A stretch of DNA of 64,000 bases. Origin: an uncultured Gemmatimonadales bacterium (GTDB taxonomy: Bacteria; Gemmatimonadota; Gemmatimonadetes; Longimicrobiales; Longimicrobiaceae). A program made the position numbers and the translations under genes. The stretch is from NCBI GenBank assembly GCA_963716255.1, contig OY970303.1:4736001-4800000 (forward strand), given 5' to 3'. Below the pieces are notes generated by a model that saw only the letters and a list, made by a program, of their open reading frames with translations, was not told the DNA's origin and did not search any database. Shown here one piece after another: positions 10,901 through 29,746 of the stretch; the first letter of the stretch is position 1; the number at the start of each line of letters is the position of its first letter.

Positions 10901-13900
10901 GTCTTGGGGGGGAGCACCACCGGCTCGCCGCGCACCCGCTGGCCGTACGCGGTCTCCAGGTCCTCGACGAGGGTCCGCCAGGAAGCCCCGTCCGTCACCA
11001 GGTGGTGGGCCAGGAGGAGGAGGCGGCCCGGTGCCTCCGGCCCGAAGTCGAAGTGCGTCGCCCGCAGCAGCGGCCCGTCGAAGCGGAGTTCCCCTTGCCG
11101 TTCCGCGGCGAGTCGCTCCAGCGCCGCCGCGCGCTCCGCCTCCGGCACGCCCGACAGGTCCACGCGCTCCACCGGGAGCTCCGGCTCCGGCGCGGCGAAG
11201 CGCTGGGTCCACCGGCCGTCCTCCCCGCGAGTGAAGCGAGCGCGCAGGGCGTCGTGGTGCGTCGCCAGGGCGCGGACGGCGCCCTCCAGGGCGGCGTGGT
11301 CCAGCGGCCCGCGCCCCCGCAGGAGGAGCGGCATGTTGAAGTGCCAGGGCTCCGGGAGGTCCCGCGCAAAGAACGCGTGCTGGATGGGCGTGAGCGGCGC
11401 CTCGCCGGTCACCGGGCCCTGCTCGGCGCTCACGGCCTGGACCGTCGCCGCCAGCTGCGCCAGCTCCGCGATGGTGGGGTGCTCGAAGAAGTGCCGGGGC
11501 TTCAGCTCCACCCCGGCGCGGCGGGCGCGCGACACCGCCTGGATGGAAAGGATGCTGTCTCCCCCCAGCTCGAAGAAGTTGTCGTGTACGCCCACCCGCT
11601 CCACCCGGAGCACCGAGCGCCACGCCGCGGCCAGGGCCTCCTCCACGGGGGTGCGCGGGGCCACGTGCCCGGCCTCCGCTCCCGCGCGCTCCGGGGCCGG
11701 GAGCGCCGCGCGGTCGGTCTTTCCCGTGGGAGTGAGCGGGAACGCTTCCAGCTCCACCAGCGCGGAAGGGACCATGTACTCGGGGAGCGACACCCGGAGG
11801 CGCGCCCTCAGCTCCGCCACGCCCAGGGGCTCCCGGGCCGTGTAGTAGCCCACCAGCCGGTCGTCCCGCAGCACCACCACGGCCTCGGCGACGCCCTCGT
11901 GGCGCAGCAGGGCGGCCTCGACCTCGCCGGGCTCCACGCGGTAGCCGCGCACTTTGACCTGCGTGTCGGTCCGCCCCATGAACTCGAGCGTGCCCTCGGG
12001 CCGCCAGCGCGCGCGGTCCCCGGTGCGGTAGAGCCGCTCCCCGGGCGCGGCGCCGAAGGGGTCCGGGACGAACCGCTCCGCGGTGAGGTCCGGCCGGCCG
12101 TGGTAGCCCCGCGCCACCCCCGGGCCGCCCAGGAGCAGCTCGCCGGGGACGCCGATGGGGAGCGCCCGTCCCGGCTCGTCGCACACGTAGACGCGCGCGT
12201 TGGGGAGCGGGCTTCCCAGCAGGTGGCGCTCGGGGCCGTCCTCGCCCGCGAGGTGGGAGGTGCAGATGACGCTCCCCTCGGTGGGGCCGTAGAGCACGTG
12301 CGTCTCCGCGGCGGGGAAGGCGGCCCGCATCTCCGCCAGCAGGTCCGGCGCGACGGCGTCGCCGCCCACGAAGGCGCGGCGCACCCGCGGGAGCGCGCTC
12401 CCCGACGGGAGCGCCGCCACGATCTGCCGCATCAGCGCGGGGACGGCGTGCAGCAGGGTGGCGTCCGCGACGTCCCGCAGCAGGGCGTCCATGTCGGTGA
12501 CGTGCTCCGCGGGCACCATCCGCACCGCGCCCCCGGAGACCAGCGGGAGGAGCGTCTCGAAGAGCCAGATGTCGAAGGCGGGACTGGCCAGCGACGGCAT
12601 CACGTCGCCCTCGCCGACGCCGAAGCGCTCGCGGGCCCCCAGCAGCGTGTCGAGCAGGCTGCGGTGCTCCACCCGCACGCCCTTGGGCGTGCCCGTGGAC
12701 CCGGAGGTGTAGATGACGTAGGCGAGGGAACAGGGAGCAGGGAACAGGGAACAGCCTTCAAAAGCATCGGCGTCCCGGGGGGAGGGGGCGTCGTCGGTCG
12801 GGTCGCGGTCCAGCAGGAGCAGCTCCGCCGGGTGGGCGGGGAGGCGGTCCCGCAGCGCCTCCTCCGTGACGACCAGGGGGACGGCGGCGTCCCGGAGGAC
12901 GTGGACCACCCGGTCGGCGGGGTGCGAGGGGTCCAGGGGGACGAAGGCGCCCCCCGCCCTGAGGACGCCCAGGAGCGCCACGAGCAGCCCGGGCCCGCGC
13001 TCCAGGTACACGCCCACGGGGGTCTCGGGGCCCACGCCCCGGCGGCGCAGCGCGCCGGCGAGGCGTCCCGAGCGCTCCTCCAGCTCCCGGTAGCGGACGG
13101 TCTCGCCCCCGGCGAGCACGGCCGGCGCGTCGGGGAGGCGGCGCGCCGTCTCCGAGAACAGCTCGTGCGCCAGGGGGGAGCGCGGGAAGGGGCGCCCGGT
13201 GGCGTTGAACTCCACCAGGACGCGCTCCCGCTCCCCGGGGCTCATCACCTCCAGCTCCGAGATGCGCCGCCCGGGCATCGCCGCGACCGCCTCCAGGAGC
13301 GAAACGTAGCCGGCCAGCAGCCGCTCGGCGGTGGAGGGGTCGAAGAGGTCCAGGTTGTAGCCCACGATCCCCCCGATCGTCCCCTCCTCCGGGTACTCGC
13401 GGAGGAGCACGTCCAGGTCGAACTTCGCCGTCCCGCTGTCGGTGAGCCCCTTCTCGTCGTAGTCCACGGCGCGGAGCCCCACCTGCGGGGCGGCGTCGGC
13501 GAAGTGGGCGATCGGGCGCTCGAAGCCGAACATCACCTGGATCAGCGGGTTGCGGCTGAGGTCGCGCTCCAGCTGGAGCTCTTCCAGGAGCTTTTCCAGC
13601 GGCAGCTCCGCGTGGGCGTAGGCGCCGAGCGCGGCGTCCCGCACTCTCCCCAGCAGCTCCGGCACGGTGGGGTCGCCGTCCAGCCGGGTGCGGATGGGGA
13701 GCGTGTTGATGAAGAAGCCCATCAGCGGCTCGATCTCGGGCCGGGCGCGGTTCGCGTCCACGGTCCCCACCACCAGGTCCTCCTGCCCCGAGTGCCGCAG
13801 CAGGAGGACCTTGTAGGCGGCGATCAGCAGGGTGAAGAGCGTCACGCCCTGCCCTGCGCAGAGCGCTTCCAGCCGGGCCTTCAGCTCGGCGGAGATGAAC

Positions 13901-16900
13901 ACCCGGTGGTTCGCCCCGCGGTAGCTTCGCACCGGCGGGCGCACGCGGTCGGTGGGGAGCTCCAGCGCCAGCGGCGCTCCCTCCAGGCGCTCCCTCCAGT
14001 ACTCCACCTGCCCGGCCAGCCGCTCGCCCGAGAGCCAGCGGCGCTGCCACACGGCGAAGTCGGCGTACTGCACCGGCAGCTCGGGGAGGCCCGGCGCCTC
14101 GCCGGCCAGCACCGCGGCGTAGCAGCGGATCCACTCCTCGAAGAAGATCGTCCCCGACCACCCGTCGGTGGCGATGTGATGGGTGCTGGTGAGCAGCACC
14201 CAGTCCTCGTCCGCCAGGCGCAGGAGCCGCGCGCGGATGGAGGGCTCCCGCGCCAGGTCGAAGGGGCGCTCCGCCTCCACGAGGGCGAGGCGCCGGGCCC
14301 CGGCCTCGCGCTCCGCCTCGCCGGCCAGGTGGCGCAGGTCGTCCACCGGGAGGGGGAGGTCCACGTCCGGCAGGATCACCTGCACCGGCTCGGAATCGTC
14401 CCCGGCCCGGTAGACCGTCCGCAGGACCGAGTGCCGCTCGACCACCATCCCCAGCGCGCGCCGCGCGGGCTCCAGCTGCAGCGGGCCGCGGAACCGGTAG
14501 GAGACCGCGACGTTGTAGAAGGGGGTCCCGGGCTCGATCTGGTCCAGGAGCCACATGCGCTGCTGCTGGAAGGAGAGCGGGAGCGGCCGGTCGTGCGGCA
14601 CCCGGACGATCGGGTCCGCTTCCGCCTCGGGCGCGGTGCGGCGCAGCTCCTCGACCGCGGCGGCCAGCCCCGCCACCGTGGGCGAGCCGAACAGCGTGGC
14701 GAGCGAGAGCTCCACCCGGAAGGCGTCGCGCAGCCGCGAGATGATCTGCGTGGCGAAGAGCGAGTGCCCGCCCAGCGAAAAGAAGTCGTCGTGGACCCCC
14801 ACCTGGCCGATCCCCAGCGTGTCCTGCCAGGTTTCCGCCACCCGGCGCTCCGTGTCCGTCGCCGGCGCCGCGTACGGGGTCGCCAGCGCGGGGCGCGAGT
14901 ACAGCAGCGTCACGTCCGCGTCCTGCCCGGGGGACGCGGCGCGGGGCGGCTGCCGCGGCCCCACGCGCAGCTGGGGCCCGGCGTCCGCGGCCAGGACCCG
15001 CGCCAGGACCGGGGCCCACCCCGCCGCCGCGGCCGGGTCCGCACCGGGGTCGTCCAGCTCGTGGGCGAGGTCCCAGCGCACGGCGGTCCAGCGGGTGCGG
15101 TGCTCCGCCCCGTGCCGCCGGGCGAACGCCGCGGCGATCTCGGCGGCGGCGGCCTGGTGCAGCCGCAGCGAGCCCACGGGCGAGGCGGGGAGCGCGCACT
15201 GCAGCAGGCAGAAGTCGGTGCGCTCCTCCCCCAGGACGCGCTCCAGCGCCTCCATCTCCGCCAGCGCCGCGCGGAAGTCGCCGGCCTCCGGCCCCGGGGC
15301 GAGCGTCCGCAGCGGGACCGACTCCCGCGTGCGCCCCACCTCCACGGTGTGCACCACGCCCCGCAGCGCCCCGAAGCGCGCGCGGGCCTCCGCGAGCGCC
15401 TCCGCCACCGGCGCGGGATCCTGCGCGTCCACGCCCCGCGCCAGCACGCGGATCCCGCGCGCCTCCATCTCCCGGACCGCGCGGATGGTCCGGCTCATGG
15501 GGTCGTGGCGGTCGTGCGTGGCGAGCCAGCGGTCCCATCCCTCCCGCTCCCCGGGGAAGGTTTCCCCCTCCAGCAGGAGGAGCCCCGCTCCCCGCTCCGC
15601 CAGCTGCCCGGCGGCCGCCAGCGCGCGCGGTCCCAGCCGCCCACCCACGAGGTAGAAGCCGTCCGCGCGCACCGGGGCGTCCCGGACCGGCTCCTCCCGC
15701 CGCGTCCACCGCCGGGTCCAGCGCCGCCATCCCCGGAGCGCGGCTTCCGGCTCGGTGCCTCCCCGCAGCTCGACGCCGAGCGCCTCCGCCAGCTCCGCCT
15801 CGTCCCCGGCGAGGACCACGTCCACCACGCGGCAGGCGAGCCCCGGGTACTCGCGTGGGATCGCTTCCAGCGCGCCCAGCAGCATCGCGCGGGCCGGCTC
15901 CACGGCGTCCACGCCGGTCGCGTCGAGCACCCGGTCGGACACCAGCTGGATCCGCCCGCCCTCCACCGCGCGCGCCAGGTGCAGCAGGCTCGCGTATCCC
16001 CGCCGGTGGATCCGCTCCAGGTCGTCGCCCCCGCTCCCGGAAAGGCTCCACAGGTGCACCCATTCCCCGGGCGCCGTTCCCTCCCGCCGCAGGGCTTCGT
16101 GGAGCGCACGGTAGTCCTCCCCGCGCTCCGGCCGGAGCCGCCAGGCCTCCGGCCCGGCCCGCTCGAACGCCGCGCCGGGCTCCACCACCACCACCCGGTG
16201 CCCCTCCGCCCGCAGCGCCTCCGCCACACGGGCGCCGATCCCCCGCTCGTCCACCAGCAGCGCCCAGGTGCGCGGCTCCCCTCCCGGCCCGGGGAGGGGC
16301 CCCTGCCGCCAGGCCGGCGCCAGGAGCACGGGTCCGCCCTCCGCCCGCCGCGGCCCGGCGCGCCGCTTCCCGCCTCCGCGCGGCGGGGCGTCCACCCAGA
16401 AGCGCTGGCGCTCCCAGGGATAGGTGGGGAGCGGGACCCGGCGGCGCCGCTCCCCGGCCGCGAAGGCCCGCCAGTCCGGGCGCGCCCCCGCGAGCCAGCT
16501 CCGGCCCAGCGTTTCCAGGAGGAAGGCCTGGTCCGGCTGGCGCGTGTAGGCGTGCCGCAGCGATGCGAGCACCGAGGGCTCCGCCGCGCCCGCGGCGAGC
16601 GCGAAGGTCCCGAGCGTGCGCCCGGGCCCCACCTCCAGCAGCAGACGGCCGGGGTCGGCCAGCAGCTCCGCCAGGCACTCCGCGAAGCGCACCGTCCGGC
16701 ACAGGTGCCGCGTCCAGTACGCGGGGTCGGTCGCCTCCGCCGCCGTGATCCACGTCCCCGTCACGTTGGACAGGAAGGGCAGGGTGGGGGCGCGCAGCGC
16801 CACCCGGCGCACCCGCGCGGCCAGGCGCTCCGCCACCGGCTCCATGAGCGGCGAGTGGAAGGGGTGGCTCGCGGCCAGCCGGCGGCAGGCCACGCCCCGC

Positions 16901-19101
16901 TCCAGCAGCTCCGCTTCCAGCGCGGCGACGGCCTCCGGCGGCCCGGACAGGGTGCACAGCCCCGGCGCGTTGTGCGACGCCAGCGCGATCCCGCCGCGCA
17001 GCAGCGATGCCACTCCCGCCGGGTCCATGGGCACCGCCAGCATCGCCCCTTCCGGGAGCTCCGCCACCAGCCGCGCCCGCTCGGCCACGAGCGCCAGCGC
17101 GTCCGGCAGCTCGAAGACGCCCGCCAGCGTGGCCGCCACGTACTCGCCCAGCGAGTGCCCGAGCATCGCGGCCGGCGCGATCCCCCAGGCCATCCACAGC
17201 CGGGCCAGCGCGTACTCCACCACGAACACCGCCGGGTGCGCCAGCTCCGTGCGCGCCAGCTCCCCGTCGGCGGCGGCGCCGTCGCCGCGCCCCAGCATGC
17301 GGCGCAGGTCGGTGCCGGCGCCCGCGGCGCCCGCGCCCGGGCGCTGCTCGGCCGGGGCGTCGCCCGGGAAGAGCACCTCGCGTATGTCGCGGCCCAGCGG
17401 CTCGCGCAGGATCTCCGCGCAGCGGTCCACCTCTTCGCGGAAGACGGGCTCTGCCTCGTACAGGCCGCGCGCCATCTGCCCGTAGTGGTCGCCCAGCCCC
17501 GGGAACAGGAAGACGACCTCGCGGCCGTCCCACTCCGCCGCCGCGCCGCGGATCCGCGCCGGGTCCCTCGCCTCCAGCGCGGCGGCGGCCTCCTCGCGGC
17601 CGCCGCACACCAGCACACGGCGGTGGGTGAAGCGGCGGCGGCCCACGCGCAGCGTGTGGGCCACGTCGGCCAGCGGCTGCTCCGGGTTCTCGCGGAGGTG
17701 CAGCACCAGCCGGTCGGTGGCTTCCTCCAGCGCCGCGGGGGTGCGCGCGGAAAGGACGAGGAGCTGCAGCGGGCGCGACGGCCCCGAAGGCTCCGCCTCG
17801 GGTGCCTCCTCCAGCACGACGTGGGCGTTGGTGCCCCCCATCCCGAACGAGCTGACCCCCGCCCGGCGGGGGGCGCCGCCGCGGGGCCAGGGGCGAAGCT
17901 CGGCGTTGACGAAGAACGGCGAGCGCTCGAAGTCGATGCGGGGGCTGGGACGCTCGAAGTAGAGGCTGGGCGGGATCTCCCCGTGCTCCAGCGAAAGGAC
18001 CGTCTTGATGAGCCCCGCGATCCCGGCGGCGGAGTCCAGGTGCCCCACGTTGCTCTTCACCGACCCCAGCGCGCAGAAGCCGGTCCGGTCGGTCCGCTCG
18101 CGGAACGCCTGGGTAAGCGCCTCCACCTCGATGGGGTCGCCCAGCTCGGTGGCGGAGCCGTGCCCCTCCACGTACGAGATGCTGTCCGGCTCCACCCCCG
18201 CCATCGCGAGCGCCTCGCCGATCGCGCGGGCCTGGCCGTCCCGCCGGGGAGCGGTGAAGCCGATCTTCCCGGAGCCGTCGTTGTTCACCGCGGTCCCCAG
18301 GACCATGGCGTGGATGGTGTCGCCGTCCTCCAGGGCGTCCGCCAGCCGCTTGAGCAGCACGATCCCCACCCCGCTCCCCCGGACGGCGCCGCGCGCGTCC
18401 GCGTCGAACGAGCGGCACTGCCCCGTGGGGGAGGCGATCCCCCCCTTCTCGTAGAGGTATCCCTTGACCTGGGGGACCTCGATGGAGACCCCGCCGGCGA
18501 GCGCCATGTCGGACTCGCCGGAGAGCACGCTCTGGTATGCCAGGTGGATCGCCACCAGCGACGAAGAGCACGCCGTCTGCACGTTCAGGCTGGGACCCTC
18601 CAGGCCCAGCAGGAACGAGGTCCGCGTGGGTACGCTCCCCGGGGCGTTCCCCAGGTGGATGGGCAGCTCCGCCCCGCGCAGCTTTGGGTGCCGGGCCACC
18701 AGCTTCCAGTAGCCGTTCAGCTCCGCGCCCGAGAAGACGCCCACCCGGCCGCCGTACGCCGCGGGATCGTAGCCCGCCTGCTCCAGCGCCTCCCAGGCGC
18801 ACTCCAGGAACAGGCGCTGCGTGGGGTTCAGGTAGACGGCGTCGCGCGGCGAAAGGCCGAAGAAGGCGGCGTCGAACAGCTCCACGTCGCGGAGTAGCCC
18901 GTTCGCGCGGACGTAGTCGGGGTTCCGCACGAGGTCGGGGCGGACGCCCGCGGCGAGCAGCTCCTCCTCCGAGAAGCGCGTGATGCTGTCCACGCCCCCG
19001 CGGAGGTTCCGCCAGAATTCCTCCACCGTCCGGGCGCCCGGAAAGCGGCCCGACATCCCCACGATCGCGACTTCCTGCCCCGTGAACGAATCCCTCATCA
19101 C
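7987..19101 (-). CDS. Hybrid PKS-NRPS: KS-AT-KR(degenerate)-ACP-C-A-T-E-C-A(N-half); frame breaks at the G7 run 7997-8003
   Basis: KS VQTACSSS/EGHGSAT/KSNVGHL; AT GHSLG with HPFH (malonyl-like); ACP FFSLGGHSL; C HHIATDG; T LGGDSI followed by E motifs HHLVTDGASW, ESHGRE, RTVGWFT, FNYLGQ; DCL-type C IEDVYPATPMQEG/HHHALLDGWS. Start is GTG 19101 or ATG 19098. Confidence 0.93.
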   Translation of the reverse strand: MMRDSFTGQEVAIVGMSGRFPGARTVEEFWRNLRGGVDSITRFSEEELLAAGVRPDLVRNPDYVRANGLLRDVELFDAAFFGLSPRDAVYLNPTQRLFLECAWEALEQAGYDPAAYGGRVGVFSGAELNGYWKLVARHPKLRGAELPIHLGNAPGSVPTRTSFLLGLEGPSLNVQTACSSSLVAIHLAYQSVLSGESDMALAGGVSIEVPQVKGYLYEKGGIASPTGQCRSFDADARGAVRGSGVGIVLLKRLADALEDGDTIHAMVLGTAVNNDGSGKIGFTAPRRDGQARAIGEALAMAGVEPDSISYVEGHGSATELGDPIEVEALTQAFRERTDRTGFCALGSVKSNVGHLDSAAGIAGLIKTVLSLEHGEIPPSLYFERPSPRIDFERSPFFVNAELRPWPRGGAPRRAGVSSFGMGGTNAHVVLEEAPEAEPSGPSRPLQLLVLSARTPAALEEATDRLVLHLRENPEQPLADVAHTLRVGRRRFTHRRVLVCGGREEAAAALEARDPARIRGAAAEWDGREVVFLFPGLGDHYGQMARGLYEAEPVFREEVDRCAEILREPLGRDIREVLFPGDAPAEQRPGAGAAGAGTDLRRMLGRGDGAAADGELARTELAHPAVFVVEYALARLWMAWGIAPAAMLGHSLGEYVAATLAGVFELPDALALVAERARLVAELPEGAMLAVPMDPAGVASLLRGGIALASHNAPGLCTLSGPPEAVAALEAELLERGVACRRLAASHPFHSPLMEPVAERLAARVRRVALRAPTLPFLSNVTGTWITAAEATDPAYWTRHLCRTVRFAECLAELLADPGRLLLEVGPGRTLGTFALAAGAAEPSVLASLRHAYTRQPDQAFLLETLGRSWLAGARPDWRAFAAGERRRRVPLPTYPWERQRFWVDAPPRGGGKRRAGPRRAEGGPVLLAPAWRQGPLPGPGGEPRTWALLVDERGIGARVAEALRAEGHRVVVVEPGAAFERAGPEAWRLRPERGEDYRALHEALRREGTAPGEWVHLWSLSGSGGDDLERIHRRGYASLLHLARAVEGGRIQLVSDRVLDATGVDAVEPARAMLLGALEAIPREYPGLACRVVDVVLAGDEAELAEALGVELRGGTEPEAALRGWRRWTRRWTRREEPVRDAPVRADGFYLVGGRLGPRALAAAGQLAERGAGLLLLEGETFPGEREGWDRWLATHDRHDPMSRTIRAVREMEARGIRVLARGVDAQDPAPVAEALAEARARFGALRGVVHTVEVGRTRESVPLRTLAPGPEAGDFRAALAEMEALERVLGEERTDFCLLQCALPASPVGSLRLHQAAAAEIAAAFARRHGAEHRTRWTAVRWDLAHELDDPGADPAAAAGWAPVLARVLAADAGPQLRVGPRQPPRAASPGQDADVTLLYSRPALATPYAAPATDTERRVAETWQDTLGIGQVGVHDDFFSLGGHSLFATQIISRLRDAFRVELSLATLFGSPTVAGLAAAVEELRRTAPEAEADPIVRVPHDRPLPLSFQQQRMWLLDQIEPGTPFYNVAVSYRFRGPLQLEPARRALGMVVERHSVLRTVYRAGDDSEPVQVILPDVDLPLPVDDLRHLAGEAEREAGARRLALVEAERPFDLAREPSIRARLLRLADEDWVLLTSTHHIATDGWSGTIFFEEWIRCYAAVLAGEAPGLPELPVQYADFAVWQRRWLSGERLAGQVEYWRERLEGAPLALELPTDRVRPPVRSYRGANHRVFISAELKARLEALCAGQGVTLFTLLIAAYKVLLLRHSGQEDLVVGTVDANRARPEIEPLMGFFINTLPIRTRLDGDPTVPELLGRVRDAALGAYAHAELPLEKLLEELQLERDLSRNPLIQVMFGFERPIAHFADAAPQVGLRAVDYDEKGLTDSGTAKFDLDVLLREYPEEGTIGGIVGYNLDLFDPSTAERLLAGYVSLLEAVAAMPGRRISELEVMSPGERERVLVEFNATGRPFPRSPLAHELFSETARRLPDAPAVLAGGETVRYRELEERSGRLAGALRRRGVGPETPVGVYLERGPGLLVALLGVLRAGGAFVPLDPSHPADRVVHVLRDAAVPLVVTEEALRDRLPAHPAELLLLDRDPTDDAPSPRDADAFEGCSLFPAPCSLAYVIYTSGSTGTPKGVRVEHRSLLDTLLGARERFGVGEGDVMPSLASPAFDIWLFETLLPLVSGGAVRMVPAEHVTDMDALLRDVADATLLHAVPALMRQIVAALPSGSALPRVRRAFVGGDAVAPDLLAEMRAAFPAAETHVLYGPTEGSVICTSHLAGEDGPERHLLGSPLPNARVYVCDEPGRALPIGVPGELLLGGPGVARGYHGRPDLTAERFVPDPFGAAPGERLYRTGDRARWRPEGTLEFMGRTDTQVKVRGYRVEPGEVEAALLRHEGVAEAVVVLRDDRLVGYYTAREPLGVAELRARLRVSLPEYMVPSALVELEAFPLTPTGKTDRAALPAPERAGAEAGHVAPRTPVEEALAAAWRSVLRVERVGVHDNFFELGGDSILSIQAVSRARRAGVELKPRHFFEHPTIAELAQLAATVQAVSAEQGPVTGEAPLTPIQHAFFARDLPEPWHFNMPLLLRGRGPLDHAALEGAVRALATHHDALRARFTRGEDGRWTQRFAAPEPELPVERVDLSGVPEAERAAALERLAAERQGELRFDGPLLRATHFDFGPEAPGRLLLLAHHLVTDGASWRTLVEDLETAYGQRVRGEPVVLPPKTTSFRAWAERLAEHARTGGAAAELAFWTDPARAGAPPLPTDFGGPDGEDTEAVVAAALTPEETRTLLQAAPAAYRTRVDDLLLAALARALGRWTGDGRVLVDVESHGREERFADVDLSRTVGWFTAVHPLFLDLRGADGEEAAIKTVKEALRAVPDRGIGWGLLRWLGPDPDRAALAARPAAQVAFNYLGQVDGAFSDAGAFRAAEEGIGRSRSPRGERAYLLDVMAVVEGGRLQLRIGYGTGRHRAETVERVAADVLDGIRALAAHCAAPGAGGHTPSDFPLAPMTQAELDELVGRERGIEDVYPATPMQEGMLFHTLFAPEGGAYVGQFMYDLEGELDAAAFRRAWSAAAQRHAVLRTAFHWGGERPFQVVRREAEPPTRVEDWSALDAADREARLAAFLDEDRAAGFDLARAPLMRLALFRTGERTHRLVWTHHHALLDGWSLPLVFRDVARFYDAFRTGREPAVAPGRPYRDYVAWLQRQDSAAAEGFWREQLAGVEGPTPLGIDRAASGPETGFGRVDARLPAELSRRLAELARGAGLTLGTLLQGAWALLLSRYSGERDVVFGATVSGRPPEVQGIEEMVGLFINTLPVRVAVPADAPALPWLRRLQDAQARVREWEHSPLAQVQRWSEVEGAPLFESILVWENYPVEEALAATPQRDFELRTVGGIEQTDYPLTLVAAPLGAERAVGLSASYARARFDPDAMERMLDHFAAVLAAFARAPEARLGEVELIPDTERERVLAEWSGTDHGLPTGTVHALLAAQAARTPDAPAVSFRGLSLGYGELDRRANRLANHLRALGVGPETRVGVCLERTPELVVALVAVLKAGGAYVPLDPAYPADRLAYMVADSGAAVVVAENHLAGRLPREGVRVVALDAESEAVAERPETAPESGAGPENLSHVIYTSGSTGRPKGTMVRHSSVVVLLHWLREAMTDEERSAALFSTSVSFDVSVAELFGTLAWGGSW
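12725..12754. repeat. Heptamer tandem repeat (AGGGAAC)x4, one mismatch, inside the NRPS A domain
   Basis: agggaac agggagc agggaac agggaac ag; encodes CSLFPAPCSL just before the A3 motif. Confidence 0.8.
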
Positions 19102-19155
19102 CCCTGTTCTCGCTGAAGGGAAGACATCGAAGCTGCCATTTCTCGAACGCGTCGA

Positions 19156-28776
<9,621 letters not shown>

Positions 28777-29141
28777 CTAGGATGTTCCTGGTCGGTCCTG
28801 GTGCGCCCCGCGGACTGCAGGGAGGCGCAGCCCTTCCCCCAGTCATCCGGTTCATGTCCCTTTGTGCGCCCGGCAGCGGCAACCACATGCCTCGGGGTCC
28901 AAATGGATCCCTGTATTTCGCGCAAAGCTTGGCGCAAAGTAAATTAGTCCTGAACACCGCTTTTTAAAACCCCTATGTCCGGAACCGTGAGCCGGTCCGG
29001 GGCCAGCGGGGGAGCCAGGCGTCCGGAGTGGTGCCGAGTCCCGTTCTCTCAGACCCGATCAACGAGCGAACCCGGCCATTCGGGAACGGGCGTCACGTCC
29101 GGTTCCTTCGCACCGATGGCGATTGCGATTTCCAGAAGTAC

Positions 29142-29175
29142 GACAGGGCGCCCGGAGTGGTCCGGGCGCCCTGTC
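29142..29175. other. Perfect 15-bp inverted repeat (hairpin)
   Basis: GACAGGGCGCCCGGA-gtgg-TCCGGGCGCCCTGTC; no clear U-tract on either side. Confidence 0.75.
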
Positions 29176-29209
29176 TGCAATCTATTGTACTACTGGAATT
29201 TATGTCCCT

Positions 29210-29366
29210 GCGACAGAACTCGATGTCGCGAGCGACAGAATAGATGTCGCGATTGCGACAGAATACATGTCGCCCATCAAAAAGCTGTTGGACGACATCC
29301 TTTCTGTCGCTTGCGCGACATGCAAAATGTCGCAGTTTTGCAATCTCGCGACACGCAACTTGTCGC
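29210..29366. promoter_or_regulatory. Array of six GCGACA-N7(8)-TGTCGC palindromes, putative operator/enhancer array
   Basis: Copies start at 29210 (N8), 29232, 29255, 29292 (ACGACA variant), 29315 and 29348. They lie in the lower-GC intergenic region upstream of NRPS 28776. Confidence 0.7.
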
Positions 29367-29746
29367 CGGCAGTTCGCAATCCTGCTTCCCATGCCCTCAA
29401 ACCCAAGGAGGCATGGCGCTACCAGAGCCTGCTGGACTTGACTCTCGGTGTGTCAACCAGTCCAGGGCAACACTGCAACCACCGTCTGTACGAGGTGCGG
29501 AGAAGGCGAAGCTCCGGGCAGCCTGTGCTTGACATCGGCATTGAGCCGCCCCATGCTCCTCGCCAGGGTAGTCCAGCGGATCCGTCTCGGCGCTTTCGAG
29601 CACCCGCCAGATCTGCTCAGGAGTGCTTTGGCGGGCCCCCACTCCTTGCAAAAAAGGAGGGGGCATATTGACGATCGAAGTGTGCCCGGCGATGGGATGA
29701 TGGGTCGCACGCATAGGGCTCCGATGCGCGTACCTGCGCAGCGGTT

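Noticed and set aside
28878..28936. Possible sigma54 promoter for cluster A
   Set aside because: Candidates have GG-N9-GC spacing or GC instead of GG at -24; not canonical.
29210..29366. CRISPR interpretation of the repeat array
   Set aside because: Units are about 19 bp with gaps of only 2-18 bp, there are no spacer-sized unique sequences, and no cas genes.
29123..29671. 182-aa plus-strand ORF spanning the palindrome array
   Set aside because: No recognisable motifs, atypical codon usage and no clear RBS; not fully excluded.
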